Below are positions 30,659-39,708 of a DNA stretch of 48,889 nt, in pieces (position 1 is the first letter of the stretch; each line of letters opens with the position of its first letter). The translations under genes were made by a program, and so were the position numbers. Source of the DNA: Pyrobaculum sp. (lineage in GTDB: Archaea; Thermoproteota; Thermoprotei; Thermoproteales; Thermoproteaceae). Location: positions 1 through 48,889 of the forward strand of contig JBKBOT010000011.1 of the NCBI GenBank assembly GCA_046293555.1, in the 5' to 3' direction. The notes beneath the pieces are model-generated. The model was not told the origin of the DNA and did not search any database. It worked only from the letters and a program-made list of their open reading frames with translations.

Positions 30659-32470
30659 ATGCGTGTTTTATATATACACACAGAGCGTTTTAGCTGGCAG
30701 ACAAGAGAGCCGGCGCTAGACATAAGAGACGAGCCGGGCTCTGGCGCTACGGAAAACGCCCTAGTGGCTTTCGTCACTGTGGAGAGGGGAGATTTAGAAG
30801 ACGAGGAGTACCTAAGGCAGGTGGCTCAAGACGTCATAAACGTCGCAGAGAGGGTAAAGGCAGACGCCATTGTGATATACCCATACGCCCACCTCTCCAG
30901 CGAGTTGGCACGTCCCCACACGGCGCGGGAGGTGCTAGACAAGCTTTACAACTTGGTGAGGACGCAGTTTGGTGGGGCGGTATACAAGGCGCCTTTTGGT
31001 TACTACAAGGCCTTTGAGCTAAAATGTCTGGGTCACCCCCTCTCGGAGTTAAGCCGAGGCTTCAAGCCTGGAGAAATAAAAAAGAAGAGGGAAGAGAGGC
31101 GTGACGTATATCTAGTCTTAACCCCAGAGGGGGGGGAGCACAACCCGGCGGATTTTAACTACAGAGACCCAGACCTCAGGGCGTTGGTGGAGAAGGAGGT
31201 GTTTAAAAAAGAACACGAGGGAGGCGCCGAGCCCAGATATCTGGAATACCTCAGAAAATTTGGCTTCGAGTGGGAGCCCATGTCTGACGTGGGACATATG
31301 CGATATGCCCCAGAGGCCACAGTCATGATGGAACTTGTGGAGGATTATGCCTACAAGACCGCCGCCTCTCTAGACATCCCCATATTTAAGATAAGAGGCA
31401 CGAACATGTTCAGACTGTCGGAACACGCCATTGAGACGCACGCGAGGCTATTTGGAGAGAGGCTATACATAGTTGAGTCAGACATGGTCCTTCGGTATGC
31501 GGCTTGTTTTCAACAATTCGCCATGGTGAAAGACTGGGTGATTAGCTATAGGCACCTCCCCTTTGGGGTAATTGAGGTGGCTGACTCCTATAGACATGAA
31601 CAGCCAGGCGAGACCGTGTTGCTTTTTAGACTCAGGCGGTTCTACATGCCCGACCTCCACATATTTGCCAAAAATCTCGACGAGGCGATAGAGATAAGCT
31701 TTAAGCTACATGAGGCCATCTTTAGAGAGGTAGAAAAGCTGGGGAGGGCCTATGTCTCTCTCTATAACGTCACTGAGGATTTCTACAAAAGCCACAGGCA
31801 CTACCTCGTGGAGCTCGCCAGGAGGGAGAAAAAGCCCATATTGGTCAGAATTCTGCCAGAACAGAAGTACTACTGGGTCCTCAACGTGGAGTACCACATA
31901 GTTGACGAGCTTGGGAGGCCTAGAGAGGTAGCCACCTTCCAAATCGACGTGGGGAATGCCAAACGGTTTGGGATCAGATATGTAGATGAACAAAACCAGG
32001 CCAGATATCCCGTTATTATACATACGGCGATTTTGGGGAGCGTGGAGAGATATCTATACGCCGTGTTTGACACCATAGCGCGGCAGGAGAGAGAGGGCAA
32101 GACGCCGAAACTCCCCACCTGGCTTTCGCCAGTACAAACCCGCATAATCCCCATAACGAGAGAAAACTTGAAGTACGCCATAGAGGTTGCCAACATTCTT
32201 GAAGAACAGAACTTCCGCGTAGATATAGACGACAGAGACGAGACGTTATCTAAGAGAATTAGAGATGCAGAAACCATCTGGGTTCCCTACATATGTGTGG
32301 TGGGGGCAAGAGAAGAGAGAGAAAAGACGCTCTCTGTAAGGATGAGAGGTGGGGATGTCGTCAAGATGTCTATAGAGGAGCTAATTAGACAACTCAAAGA
32401 AGAGACTAAGGGCTACCCCACCAGGCCTTTATACATGCCGAGGTTTTTGAGTCAACGCCCCTCGAGATAG
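30659..32470 (+). CDS. thrS: Threonine--tRNA ligase (with N-terminal archaeal editing domain)
   Basis: [23 protein letters not shown] editing domain, [41 protein letters not shown]. Confidence 0.97.
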   Translation: MRVLYIHTERFSWQTREPALDIRDEPGSGATENALVAFVTVERGDLEDEEYLRQVAQDVINVAERVKADAIVIYPYAHLSSELARPHTAREVLDKLYNLVRTQFGGAVYKAPFGYYKAFELKCLGHPLSELSRGFKPGEIKKKREERRDVYLVLTPEGGEHNPADFNYRDPDLRALVEKEVFKKEHEGGAEPRYLEYLRKFGFEWEPMSDVGHMRYAPEATVMMELVEDYAYKTAASLDIPIFKIRGTNMFRLSEHAIETHARLFGERLYIVESDMVLRYAACFQQFAMVKDWVISYRHLPFGVIEVADSYRHEQPGETVLLFRLRRFYMPDLHIFAKNLDEAIEISFKLHEAIFREVEKLGRAYVSLYNVTEDFYKSHRHYLVELARREKKPILVRILPEQKYYWVLNVEYHIVDELGRPREVATFQIDVGNAKRFGIRYVDEQNQARYPVIIHTAILGSVERYLYAVFDTIARQEREGKTPKLPTWLSPVQTRIIPITRENLKYAIEVANILEEQNFRVDIDDRDETLSKRIRDAETIWVPYICVVGAREEREKTLSVRMRGGDVVKMSIEELIRQLKEETKGYPTRPLYMPRFLSQRPSR

Positions 32471-32513
32471 CTATCCAAAAAGTTTATATAGGGGTATCTA
32501 TGCCGCATGCGAA

Positions 32514-32891
32514 ATGCAGACAGCCGCCCAACTCAAGCCCGTAGTTGGAAAACATGTATACGGCGAGCTATACGGCGTCGACGAGGCGGCATTACAAGAC
32601 GTAGAAAAACTACGTAAAGTCGTAATAGAGGCTGCCCACATTGCCAACATGCACCTAGTAGAGATAAACTCCTGGAGGTTCACCGGGGGGGACAAGGAGG
32701 GGGTTTCTGTAATCGCGTTGGTGTTAGAAAGCCACATGGCTATCCACACGTGGCCTAGATATAACTTCGCCACGGTTGACGTATATACATGCGGCGAATA
32801 TTCAGACCCAATGGCGGCGTTTCGTTATATAGTCTCACAGCTATCGCCCAGGCGGTTTACAGTTAACTACTCCGACAGGTCCTATAAATAG
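32514..32891 (+). CDS. Pyruvoyl-dependent decarboxylase proenzyme, SpeD/SpeH family, probably the crenarchaeal arginine decarboxylase paralog
   Basis: Cleavage site LE|SH, HTWP, DVYTCG. GKHVYG and the GGDKEG insertion resemble the ArgDC rather than the AdoMetDC paralog (from recall). Confidence 0.85.
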   Translation: MQTAAQLKPVVGKHVYGELYGVDEAALQDVEKLRKVVIEAAHIANMHLVEINSWRFTGGDKEGVSVIALVLESHMAIHTWPRYNFATVDVYTCGEYSDPMAAFRYIVSQLSPRRFTVNYSDRSYK

Positions 32892-32907
32892 CCTTTCTCT
32901 TTTTTTC

Positions 32908-33813
32908 ATGTCAAACATATTGCTAGTTCTACTATGGCTCACCCCAGATAGGATAGGTAGAGAGGTTAGAGAAAAGGTGGCGGCCGTGGGGGTGGCGTAT
33001 TCTGCAGACGCGGTGAACTACATAATAAAGTCGCTATATGAGAGATATACCTACGTAGACGTGGTGGTGGTCTACGGCCCAGACTTTAGAAATACAGGCA
33101 GTTTAATCATAGAGGCGCTACGGGGCATATGTAATGAGGCTTTGAGAATCCCATGTGAATATGTAAAAAACCTGGGCGTGACTGTAGTCGACATGCGTTG
33201 GAAAGATGAGAGAGAGCTAAGAGAGGCTTTAGAAAAACTATATAGAAAAAGAGAGGCTCCGGCAAGACGCCAGACGTATTTAGAGATACAGCCGCCAAAT
33301 AGACGTAAGCCCTACCGAGGCCCACACGTCATATATGACACAGACCTAGAGGCCTTGAGGATAAAGGCGATAGACTACATACTGACTTACGGCGAGGAGA
33401 CTAGAGACGTCATATACGGCGTGTTGATGTTACAAAAGGCCGAGGGAAGTTACGCCACGGCGACATGCGACCTGTTGAAAGACTGGCCCTGTGGGCTAGA
33501 CAGAGCTGCAGTCCTACTGGCGGCGCCTGCATATATACAGAAGGCCGAGGTGGGGCAGGCAGCCGCCCTAATAAAGACTGAGGTTTTTCAAAAAGATGTA
33601 TACGACCCACACGGCAATTTTTACCTAGGCGACGTGTTATATCACTACAGCCCCGACGGCGTGTTGTTAAGAGCCGTAGAGATCACAGAGGGCGCCGTGA
33701 GGAGAGAGGCGGCAAAACTACTGCCAGACCACGCCTTCTACCTAGGGCAGGAATATGCCGCATATAGACTTCTAAAAGAACGATATGTACAAGACGGGTG
33801 GAAGAGGCGTTAG
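32908..33813 (+). CDS. Hypothetical protein with C-terminal DUF4346-like domain
   Basis: 'DPHGNF' and 'DHAFYLGQE...YVQD' motifs. Confidence 0.6.
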   Translation: MSNILLVLLWLTPDRIGREVREKVAAVGVAYSADAVNYIIKSLYERYTYVDVVVVYGPDFRNTGSLIIEALRGICNEALRIPCEYVKNLGVTVVDMRWKDERELREALEKLYRKREAPARRQTYLEIQPPNRRKPYRGPHVIYDTDLEALRIKAIDYILTYGEETRDVIYGVLMLQKAEGSYATATCDLLKDWPCGLDRAAVLLAAPAYIQKAEVGQAAALIKTEVFQKDVYDPHGNFYLGDVLYHYSPDGVLLRAVEITEGAVRREAAKLLPDHAFYLGQEYAAYRLLKERYVQDGWKRR

Positions 33814-33823
33814 GCCTGAAAGG

Positions 33824-33907
33824 CGCCGGGGGTGGGATTTGAACCCACGCCCCCTCGCGGGGACGGGATCTCAAGTCCCGCGCCTTGGGCCGCTCGGCCA
33901 CCCCGGC
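33824..33907 (-). tRNA. tRNA-Ser(UGA), intron-less, CCA not encoded
   Basis: GCCGGGG/CCCCGGC acceptor stem, anticodon arm CGGGA-CT-TGA-GA-TCCCG, long variable arm CCCC-GCGA-GGGG, GTTCAAATC T loop, discriminator G. TTTAAA lies about 25 nt upstream. Confidence 0.97.
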
Positions 33908-33930
33908 CCGTCTAACGTATTGCCCCAACT

Positions 33931-34365
33931 TTAAATTTTTGGCTTGTATGTAGCCATGAGGCTTAACAATGTGCACGGGCTCATCTCCACACATCTGATC
34001 TCCACCGGGCTGTTCACGTCGTCTACCGCCATGTCTACATCTTGCGGGGGGTTGGGACCTATGTGGATCTTGTAGCCCGCCTTTACCTCTCTCAGCCCTT
34101 CCACCACTATGTAGTCTGCAGCCAGGTCTATACAGTCTACCTCCCTTGTATACAGGAGGTAGATATGGCCGTTGTAAAACAACACCCTGTCTGCGCCAGC
34201 TTTCCTCATCCTGTATGTGTCCTTGTCTATAGAGTCAGGCTCGTGGTGACTAATCTTGACGGCTACTACAGAGTGTCCCCTCTCTTTTAACATCTTGATT
34301 ATCCGCTCGGCCAACACGGTCTTGCCCACATCCTTGTTGCCAGTTATCTGAATTACACAAGTCAC
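33931..34365 (-). CDS. mobB: Molybdopterin-guanine dinucleotide biosynthesis protein B
   Basis: GNKDVGKT P-loop, VK.SHH, KDTYR..KAGA, VVEG. Confidence 0.88.
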   Translation of the reverse strand: MTCVIQITGNKDVGKTVLAERIIKMLKERGHSVVAVKISHHEPDSIDKDTYRMRKAGADRVLFYNGHIYLLYTREVDCIDLAADYIVVEGLREVKAGYKIHIGPNPPQDVDMAVDDVNSPVEIRCVEMSPCTLLSLMATYKPKI

Positions 34366-34664
34366 GTCAAGGCCCTTATGAGGTTTTTTAACTCCTCTAT
34401 AGCCTTTCTAAAATTCTCCTGAGCCCTTTCTGAGACGGCATATAGCTTCCTGCCGCCTTCTTCTATCTCTACAAGCACCCCGTCGGCAACCATCCTCTTC
34501 AGGAGGACGTAGCCATAGACAGAGCTTACGTTAAACCCCAGCCTCCTCAACTCCTGTATAATGGCGTAGCCGTGGAGGGGGCCCCTCTTGTTTATTGTAC
34601 CCACCACATAGAGCCAGAGGTTGCCTTGTCCAATACACCTCTTAAATCTGGTATATGCCCGCAT
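34362..34664 (-). CDS. PadR-family transcriptional regulator
   Basis: GPLHGY.I...Y.LLKRM..DG.....GRKLY winged helix. Coupled to ino1 and mobB. Confidence 0.85.
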   Translation of the reverse strand: MRAYTRFKRCIGQGNLWLYVVGTINKRGPLHGYAIIQELRRLGFNVSSVYGYVLLKRMVADGVLVEIEEGGRKLYAVSERAQENFRKAIEELKNLIRALT

Positions 34665-35716
34665 CAATTATCTCTCTTCCCCTCGATAAATTCCAACACC
34701 GCCCTATATGCCTCGTCTGGACTCATGTGTACCGGCGGGTTTTTGAAACCCCACGCAGAGGCGCTAACCAACAGGCCGCCCGCGCCTCTATCTATGGCGA
34801 GTTTAGCCAGCCTCACGGAGTCTATCACTACAGCCGCGCTATTCCAGGCGTCGTGTACGTCTAGAGTGGCCTCCAACCTGACCGGAATGCCGCCAAAAAT
34901 CTCGGCCTCGACCAGCACGTGGGCTATCTTCCTGTCGCCAAGAAAGCCGATATAAGCCACGGGGGATATATAGGCGTCAAACTCCTGCCCCGTGGCCATG
35001 GCCTTGACGGCAGCAGTCTTGGTCCTCTCCTTATCCCCCCGTCTATACATCAAGTTGACAAAATCCGGCGTGCCCCCAACATTTATCTGGTACGTATGTC
35101 TGATCTTTACCCCCCTTAACGCCAACAATCTAGTTAAAGTCTTGTGTAACACCGTGGCGCCAATTTGGTTCTGGGTGTCGTCACCCAACAGCGGGACGCC
35201 CCTCTCGGCAAATCTCCTCTGCCAGTAGCCACTAGTGGCTATTGGCGCCGGCATGGCGTTTATAAACGCCGCCCCAGCCCTCAGCGCAGCCTCCGCGTAG
35301 GCCTCAGCCGCCTTTACGGCGCCTGTGGGGAGGTAGTTTACCAACACCTCCGTGTTTGTGGAGTTTAGCTCTTTTACCACATCCTCCACGGTGCCCCCCA
35401 CCACCTCTCTGACGAGACCTCCTTCAGGCTTGCCGTCAAACACGGGGCCGGGTCTTACCACTACGCCTAATTTCTGCGGCCTATATACCACAGTGGCGTT
35501 GTTAGGAGGCTGGAAGATAGCCTCAGCCAAGTCGAGGCCCACCTTCCTGGCGTCTATCTCAAAGGCAGAGGTGAAGACTATATCTCTCGGCGTGTATCTC
35601 CCCACGGCCTTAAAGGCCACTGCCGGCTCTAGCTCCGGGTTGTCTCTATACATCTCCACCCCCTGTACTAACGCCGATGCGCAGTTCCCCACCCCGACGA
35701 TGCCCACTCTAATCAC
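34664..35716 (-). CDS. ino1: myo-inositol-1-phosphate synthase
   Basis: GVGNCASALVQG, VNYLP.G, GDD...QIGATVLH, YQINVGG..DF.N, GDRK, D..NSAAVVID. Confidence 0.93.
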   Translation of the reverse strand: MIRVGIVGVGNCASALVQGVEMYRDNPELEPAVAFKAVGRYTPRDIVFTSAFEIDARKVGLDLAEAIFQPPNNATVVYRPQKLGVVVRPGPVFDGKPEGGLVREVVGGTVEDVVKELNSTNTEVLVNYLPTGAVKAAEAYAEAALRAGAAFINAMPAPIATSGYWQRRFAERGVPLLGDDTQNQIGATVLHKTLTRLLALRGVKIRHTYQINVGGTPDFVNLMYRRGDKERTKTAAVKAMATGQEFDAYISPVAYIGFLGDRKIAHVLVEAEIFGGIPVRLEATLDVHDAWNSAAVVIDSVRLAKLAIDRGAGGLLVSASAWGFKNPPVHMSPDEAYRAVLEFIEGKRDN

Positions 35717-35750
35717 ATCTATCTAAACACACTAGTTAATAAACAATTCG

Positions 35751-37496
35751 TTAAGTAGAAAGCCTCTCTGCTACCACCTCGGCTAGATCTTTTACCACAA
35801 TCCTGCTTCCTTTAGTCCTGGCGGCGTCTGAAAGCATGGCGTTACAGAAGGGACATAGGGTAACTATGGTGGAGGTCCCCGTGGAGGCGAGTTCTTCAAA
35901 CCTTATGTGACTTATCCTCTTCTCCTCGACGACGTCATACCAGTAGTTACCGCCGCCGGCCCCACAGCAAAAAGTCTTCTCCCCCCGCCTCGGGGGTTCT
36001 CTCAACCTGCCCAGCTTGGCCAAGACCTCCCTCTGCGGCCTCGTCACCTTGTTGTATCTCGCCAGGTAGCAGGGGTCATGTATGGCGAAATCCCCGCCGC
36101 CTCTAGGGGCGATCTTGCCCTCTTTGACCAGCTGTTGGATTATGTGGACGTGGTGATATACCTCTAGCTCTACCCCAAACTGTGGGTATTCGTTCTTAAA
36201 GACGTTAAAGCCGTGTGGACATATGGTGATAATTTTCCTCACGCCGTATTTTCTAAATAGCTCCCTGTTTTGTAGCACCACTTCCTGAAAACGGCTCTCC
36301 TCGCCAAGTCTCCTCAAGGGGTCCCCACAGCAGGTCTCCTCGTCGCCCAACACGGCTATCTTAAGCCCCGCCTTTTTGAATATCTCCACCAACGCCCTGA
36401 CGGCCTCTCTAGCTCTTGCGTCAAAACTCCCCATACAGCCAACCCACAGGAGGTACTCGGCGTCGGGACTCTCCGAGATGTGTCTAACCCCCAGCTCGTA
36501 AAGCCACTTGTGTCTATCCACGTTGGCTACAGACATGGTGTTGCCATATTGCGACATGGAGAGAAACACGTCGCCAATCTTCTTGTCTACCCTCCCCGCC
36601 GCCACGGCCGCCCTCCTTACCCCATAGATCACATCCAGGTGGCTTACCCTAACTGGACAGCTGTAAACACAGGCGCCACATGTGGTACAAGCCCACGCCT
36701 GTGTCTCCAACCCCTCTAGCCCAAAGTCCGGCCTCGACGAGTTGAGCGCCACAGTTCTCACAACCACTCTAGGCGAGAGGGGCCTCCCCGCCGCCACGGC
36801 CGGACAGATGCCGTCACAGGCGCCGATCTCTCCACAAGACTCGCAAGACAGCACCACCTCTCTATCCACATCTCCCACCTTAGAGTAGCCAAACTTCACG
36901 CTATCTACATCTATCTTCCCCTCTAGCACCTCCTCAAGCCTAAAGGGGGTCCTGAAGTGAGAGACTTCCCTCCTGTAGCTCGCGACGAGGTTGGCGGCAG
37001 GCTTTACATAAAACTGCGCCAGTAGGATATTTCTAATCGTGCCGATAAATAGCGAGAGGGGGTAGTTAAAAATGGAGAGGGCCACGTCTAGAAGGGTCAT
37101 GAGTATTATCAAGAGGAGGGCCACCTGTAGTTTTGTCGACTCTTTCTCAAACTCCCTCGACCCCAGCTTTTTATGTATCTCAAAACTCCGCCGCAATACG
37201 CCAACTCGATATATGGCAGCCCACAGGAGGCCCCCCATCACTGGGATGGACAAAAGCCACAAGGCCAGGGCCAAGAAGTCCACATAGTGGGCTAGTGCTA
37301 ACGCCACGGAGAGCACCACCCCGGCAACGATGGAGAAATGCATGTACCCCACCCCGCCGCGTCTTGCCTCCATGAGCTCATACCTCACAAGTCCGAAAAA
37401 GTCGAGGTGGGAGTTATACCTCCTGGCCCTGTCTAAAAGCCTGTAGATAAACACCACAAAAGCTAGCAAATAGATGGCCAGCAGTATTGAGGCCAT
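35751..37496 (-). CDS. Membrane-anchored Fe-S oxidoreductase (HdrD/GlpC/FadF-like)
   Basis: N-terminal TM segments, ferredoxin motifs (CESC...C...CP, CTTCGACVYSCP), two CCG domains, HDPCYLAR. Confidence 0.88.
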   Translation of the reverse strand: MASILLAIYLLAFVVFIYRLLDRARRYNSHLDFFGLVRYELMEARRGGVGYMHFSIVAGVVLSVALALAHYVDFLALALWLLSIPVMGGLLWAAIYRVGVLRRSFEIHKKLGSREFEKESTKLQVALLLIILMTLLDVALSIFNYPLSLFIGTIRNILLAQFYVKPAANLVASYRREVSHFRTPFRLEEVLEGKIDVDSVKFGYSKVGDVDREVVLSCESCGEIGACDGICPAVAAGRPLSPRVVVRTVALNSSRPDFGLEGLETQAWACTTCGACVYSCPVRVSHLDVIYGVRRAAVAAGRVDKKIGDVFLSMSQYGNTMSVANVDRHKWLYELGVRHISESPDAEYLLWVGCMGSFDARAREAVRALVEIFKKAGLKIAVLGDEETCCGDPLRRLGEESRFQEVVLQNRELFRKYGVRKIITICPHGFNVFKNEYPQFGVELEVYHHVHIIQQLVKEGKIAPRGGGDFAIHDPCYLARYNKVTRPQREVLAKLGRLREPPRRGEKTFCCGAGGGNYWYDVVEEKRISHIRFEELASTGTSTIVTLCPFCNAMLSDAARTKGSRIVVKDLAEVVAERLST

Positions 37497-37516
37497 GAGG
37501 TGTGGAGAGCTGCCTT

Positions 37517-38155
37517 TTATAAATGTTGGACATTTTGACAAATTGGCTTAAACATACATTGGCCACACTTGGCGGGAGGGGGCTTGTTGGAGTTAAAAAC
37601 CTCTCTAATTTTCTCCAACGTCTCCAACGCCGATTTATCCTCATGGACGATCTCCACCCTCCTCCCGTAGACCAGATAGCCGTATTTACTTCCCAACATG
37701 GCTACATATATCTGGAGCTGTCTCTTATGTGCCTCCCTGCTGACCCCCCCGCTTTTGATCTCCACCGGTATGAGGCGGCCCTTCCTCCTGACTGCCAAGT
37801 CGACTACCCCCACCAAGTCCCCCAGCTCTATTTTGTACTCCACAATCACGTTGTCGTATTGAGACACAGCTCTTTGATATCTCTCATGTAGTAAAACCCC
37901 CCTCACTAACGGCACTAGAGACCTGTGGGACAGCAGCTTGAGGCCCAGCCTACGTTGTGTCCACAGCAGGCGGGGGCAGAACTCCAGGTCGTTAATCATG
38001 GAGGGAGTCACCCTAGAGAAGTCATACCTATAGGCGTATACATCCGGCAGTAATCTAAAGAGGCCCCTCCCCAATTGCGCCAAGGCGGCCTCCACGTCTA
38101 TCTCCACGTCGCAGTTAACCACCTCGCAGAGGGGCCTAGGCACCAACAGCTCCAT
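37517..38155 (-). CDS. cas4: Solo Cas4-family RecB-like exonuclease
   Basis: FCPR, G..LH, GVVD, PVEIK, QLQIY, C-terminal C..C.FKPIC Fe-S ligands. Strongly resembles the characterised P. calidifontis Cas4 (from recall). No CRISPR array or other cas genes nearby. Confidence 0.9.
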   Translation of the reverse strand: MELLVPRPLCEVVNCDVEIDVEAALAQLGRGLFRLLPDVYAYRYDFSRVTPSMINDLEFCPRLLWTQRRLGLKLLSHRSLVPLVRGVLLHERYQRAVSQYDNVIVEYKIELGDLVGVVDLAVRRKGRLIPVEIKSGGVSREAHKRQLQIYVAMLGSKYGYLVYGRRVEIVHEDKSALETLEKIREVFNSNKPPPAKCGQCMFKPICQNVQHL

Positions 38156-39686
38156 TTCCCAACACCCTGCCAAATATCCTAGTGGAGCTATTACGGAATA
38201 TAAACTCCCCGCCGCCTATATACCAGGGCCTCTCCAAGGCGATTTTCACCACCCCCCTGTCCCCCACCATAAGCTCCCTCTTGTCGATCTCCTTTATGTA
38301 GCCGCTAGCCCTCACGGCCTTGTAGTGAAAAACGCCGGAGAATCCAGGCCTGATGACTGTAGGGTGCCTCAAGACTAACGCCTCCGCCGTTATCTCCCTG
38401 GTGGCGCCCAGCGGCCTTTTTGCCAACACCATGCCTTTCTCCACCTCGTCCACCCTCTCTAGCGCCACGGTGACGAAATTGCCGGCAACTGCAGACCCCA
38501 CCGGCGTTCTGTTTAGATGGATAGACCTTATCGCCGCCGGCCTCCACCCCCCGTCTCCATATGGCCCAATCCACACCCTCTCCCCCACCCTCGCCACTCC
38601 CCCCTCCACAAGGCCCCCCACCACCACCCCCACCCCCCTCACTATGTATATATCTGAGATATACATGAGGAACTCGCCGCCGGGATCCCACATCCTCCTC
38701 CGCGGCGCCATGGAGAGAAATCTCAACAAGAGGTCCAGCCCGTGCCCCGTGACGCTAGAGGTGAGAAATATGGGCGCCACCCGGCCCGTGGGGAGGGCCC
38801 TAGCTGCTAACACCACGTCGCCCATATCTTTAACCAGGTAGGGAATTTTGCTCACCCCCGGCATCTTCAATAATCTCAACACGTCGTCTAGAGTTCTCTG
38901 AAACACCTCCTGAGGCGTGATGTCTACTCTCGTCACTACTACAAACAGGGGAACTCCCAACGCCACAGAGATGCCGAGATGTTCTTTAGTCATCTTCTGT
39001 ACCCCCGAGTTGGCGGCCACCACAAGCATCACGTAGTCAGGCTGGGAGCTAAAAAGCCCCCTCAACGCCGTGCGTAGATAACGCTCGTGGCCGCCCACAT
39101 CTACAAGTAACACCAGCTTGTTGGCCCTCCTGTATACCTCAGCCTCATCTAGAGGGTCCACGAGGCTGTGGTTAACTACAGAGTCGCCGTCAAACCCCAG
39201 AAGCCTTAAAGACACCGCAGAGGTGCGGCCAGACAACACCTCGTGTTTATACCTAGAGGCGTAAGACCTGGCGAGACCCCTCCCGTCGTCTAGCCTCCCC
39301 GTGGTTAACACCCCCACTAGAGTGGACTTGCCGGCATCCACGTTGCCAAGAGCCACCACAGTCACCGTGGGCGGGGGCTCCTCCCTAGAGATAGCTCTCA
39401 CCAGGACCTCAGCCACCTTCCCCCTAATCCCCTCGGAGATCCTCAACACGTATACAGAGGCCCCCGCCCTCTTTGCCATCTCCCTCAAGACCCCCAAGGC
39501 CCCCACTAGCTCCCCGTCTGGAAGGCCCAGCGGCCTCCCGTCGTCAGAAACGCCGATTAGATATATGGCCTCGCCGCCCCCCTCATAAAGCCGCCGCCTC
39601 AGCTGGCCCGCCAGCCTGTCTACATCCTGCCCGTTGAGAGTAAGCTTGTACTCCACATTCCCCTCTTCAGACTCTGGAGAATACAT
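38136..39686 (-). CDS. GTPBP1/GTPBP2-family translational GTPase
   Basis: N-terminal 'E.GNVEYK...EGGGEAIY.IGVSDDG', GNVDAGKST, RYKHE..SGRTS, DVGGHERYLRT, KMTKEH, EF-Tu-like domains II/III. Confidence 0.92.
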   Translation of the reverse strand: MYSPESEEGNVEYKLTLNGQDVDRLAGQLRRRLYEGGGEAIYLIGVSDDGRPLGLPDGELVGALGVLREMAKRAGASVYVLRISEGIRGKVAEVLVRAISREEPPPTVTVVALGNVDAGKSTLVGVLTTGRLDDGRGLARSYASRYKHEVLSGRTSAVSLRLLGFDGDSVVNHSLVDPLDEAEVYRRANKLVLLVDVGGHERYLRTALRGLFSSQPDYVMLVVAANSGVQKMTKEHLGISVALGVPLFVVVTRVDITPQEVFQRTLDDVLRLLKMPGVSKIPYLVKDMGDVVLAARALPTGRVAPIFLTSSVTGHGLDLLLRFLSMAPRRRMWDPGGEFLMYISDIYIVRGVGVVVGGLVEGGVARVGERVWIGPYGDGGWRPAAIRSIHLNRTPVGSAVAGNFVTVALERVDEVEKGMVLAKRPLGATREITAEALVLRHPTVIRPGFSGVFHYKAVRASGYIKEIDKRELMVGDRGVVKIALERPWYIGGGEFIFRNSSTRIFGRVLGNGAVGA

Positions 39687-39708
39687 TTGGGAAAAAAGAG
39701 GTTTTTAT

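Noticed and set aside
33824-33907. tRNA as an integration (att) site, or intron-containing tRNA
   Set aside because: No duplicate of the tRNA 3' end or integrase was seen, and the cloverleaf is complete at 84 nt without an insertion.
33683-33994. 103-aa minus-strand ORF
   Set aside because: It reads through the tRNA-Ser gene and overlaps two real genes.
37517-38155. CRISPR-Cas locus implied by cas4
   Set aside because: No repeat-spacer array or other cas genes anywhere in the window, so it is a solo Cas4.
38305-38691. Gly-rich alternative-frame ORF with poly-G runs
   Set aside because: It is an out-of-frame shadow of the Val/Gly-rich GTPase domain II. The main frame is intact.
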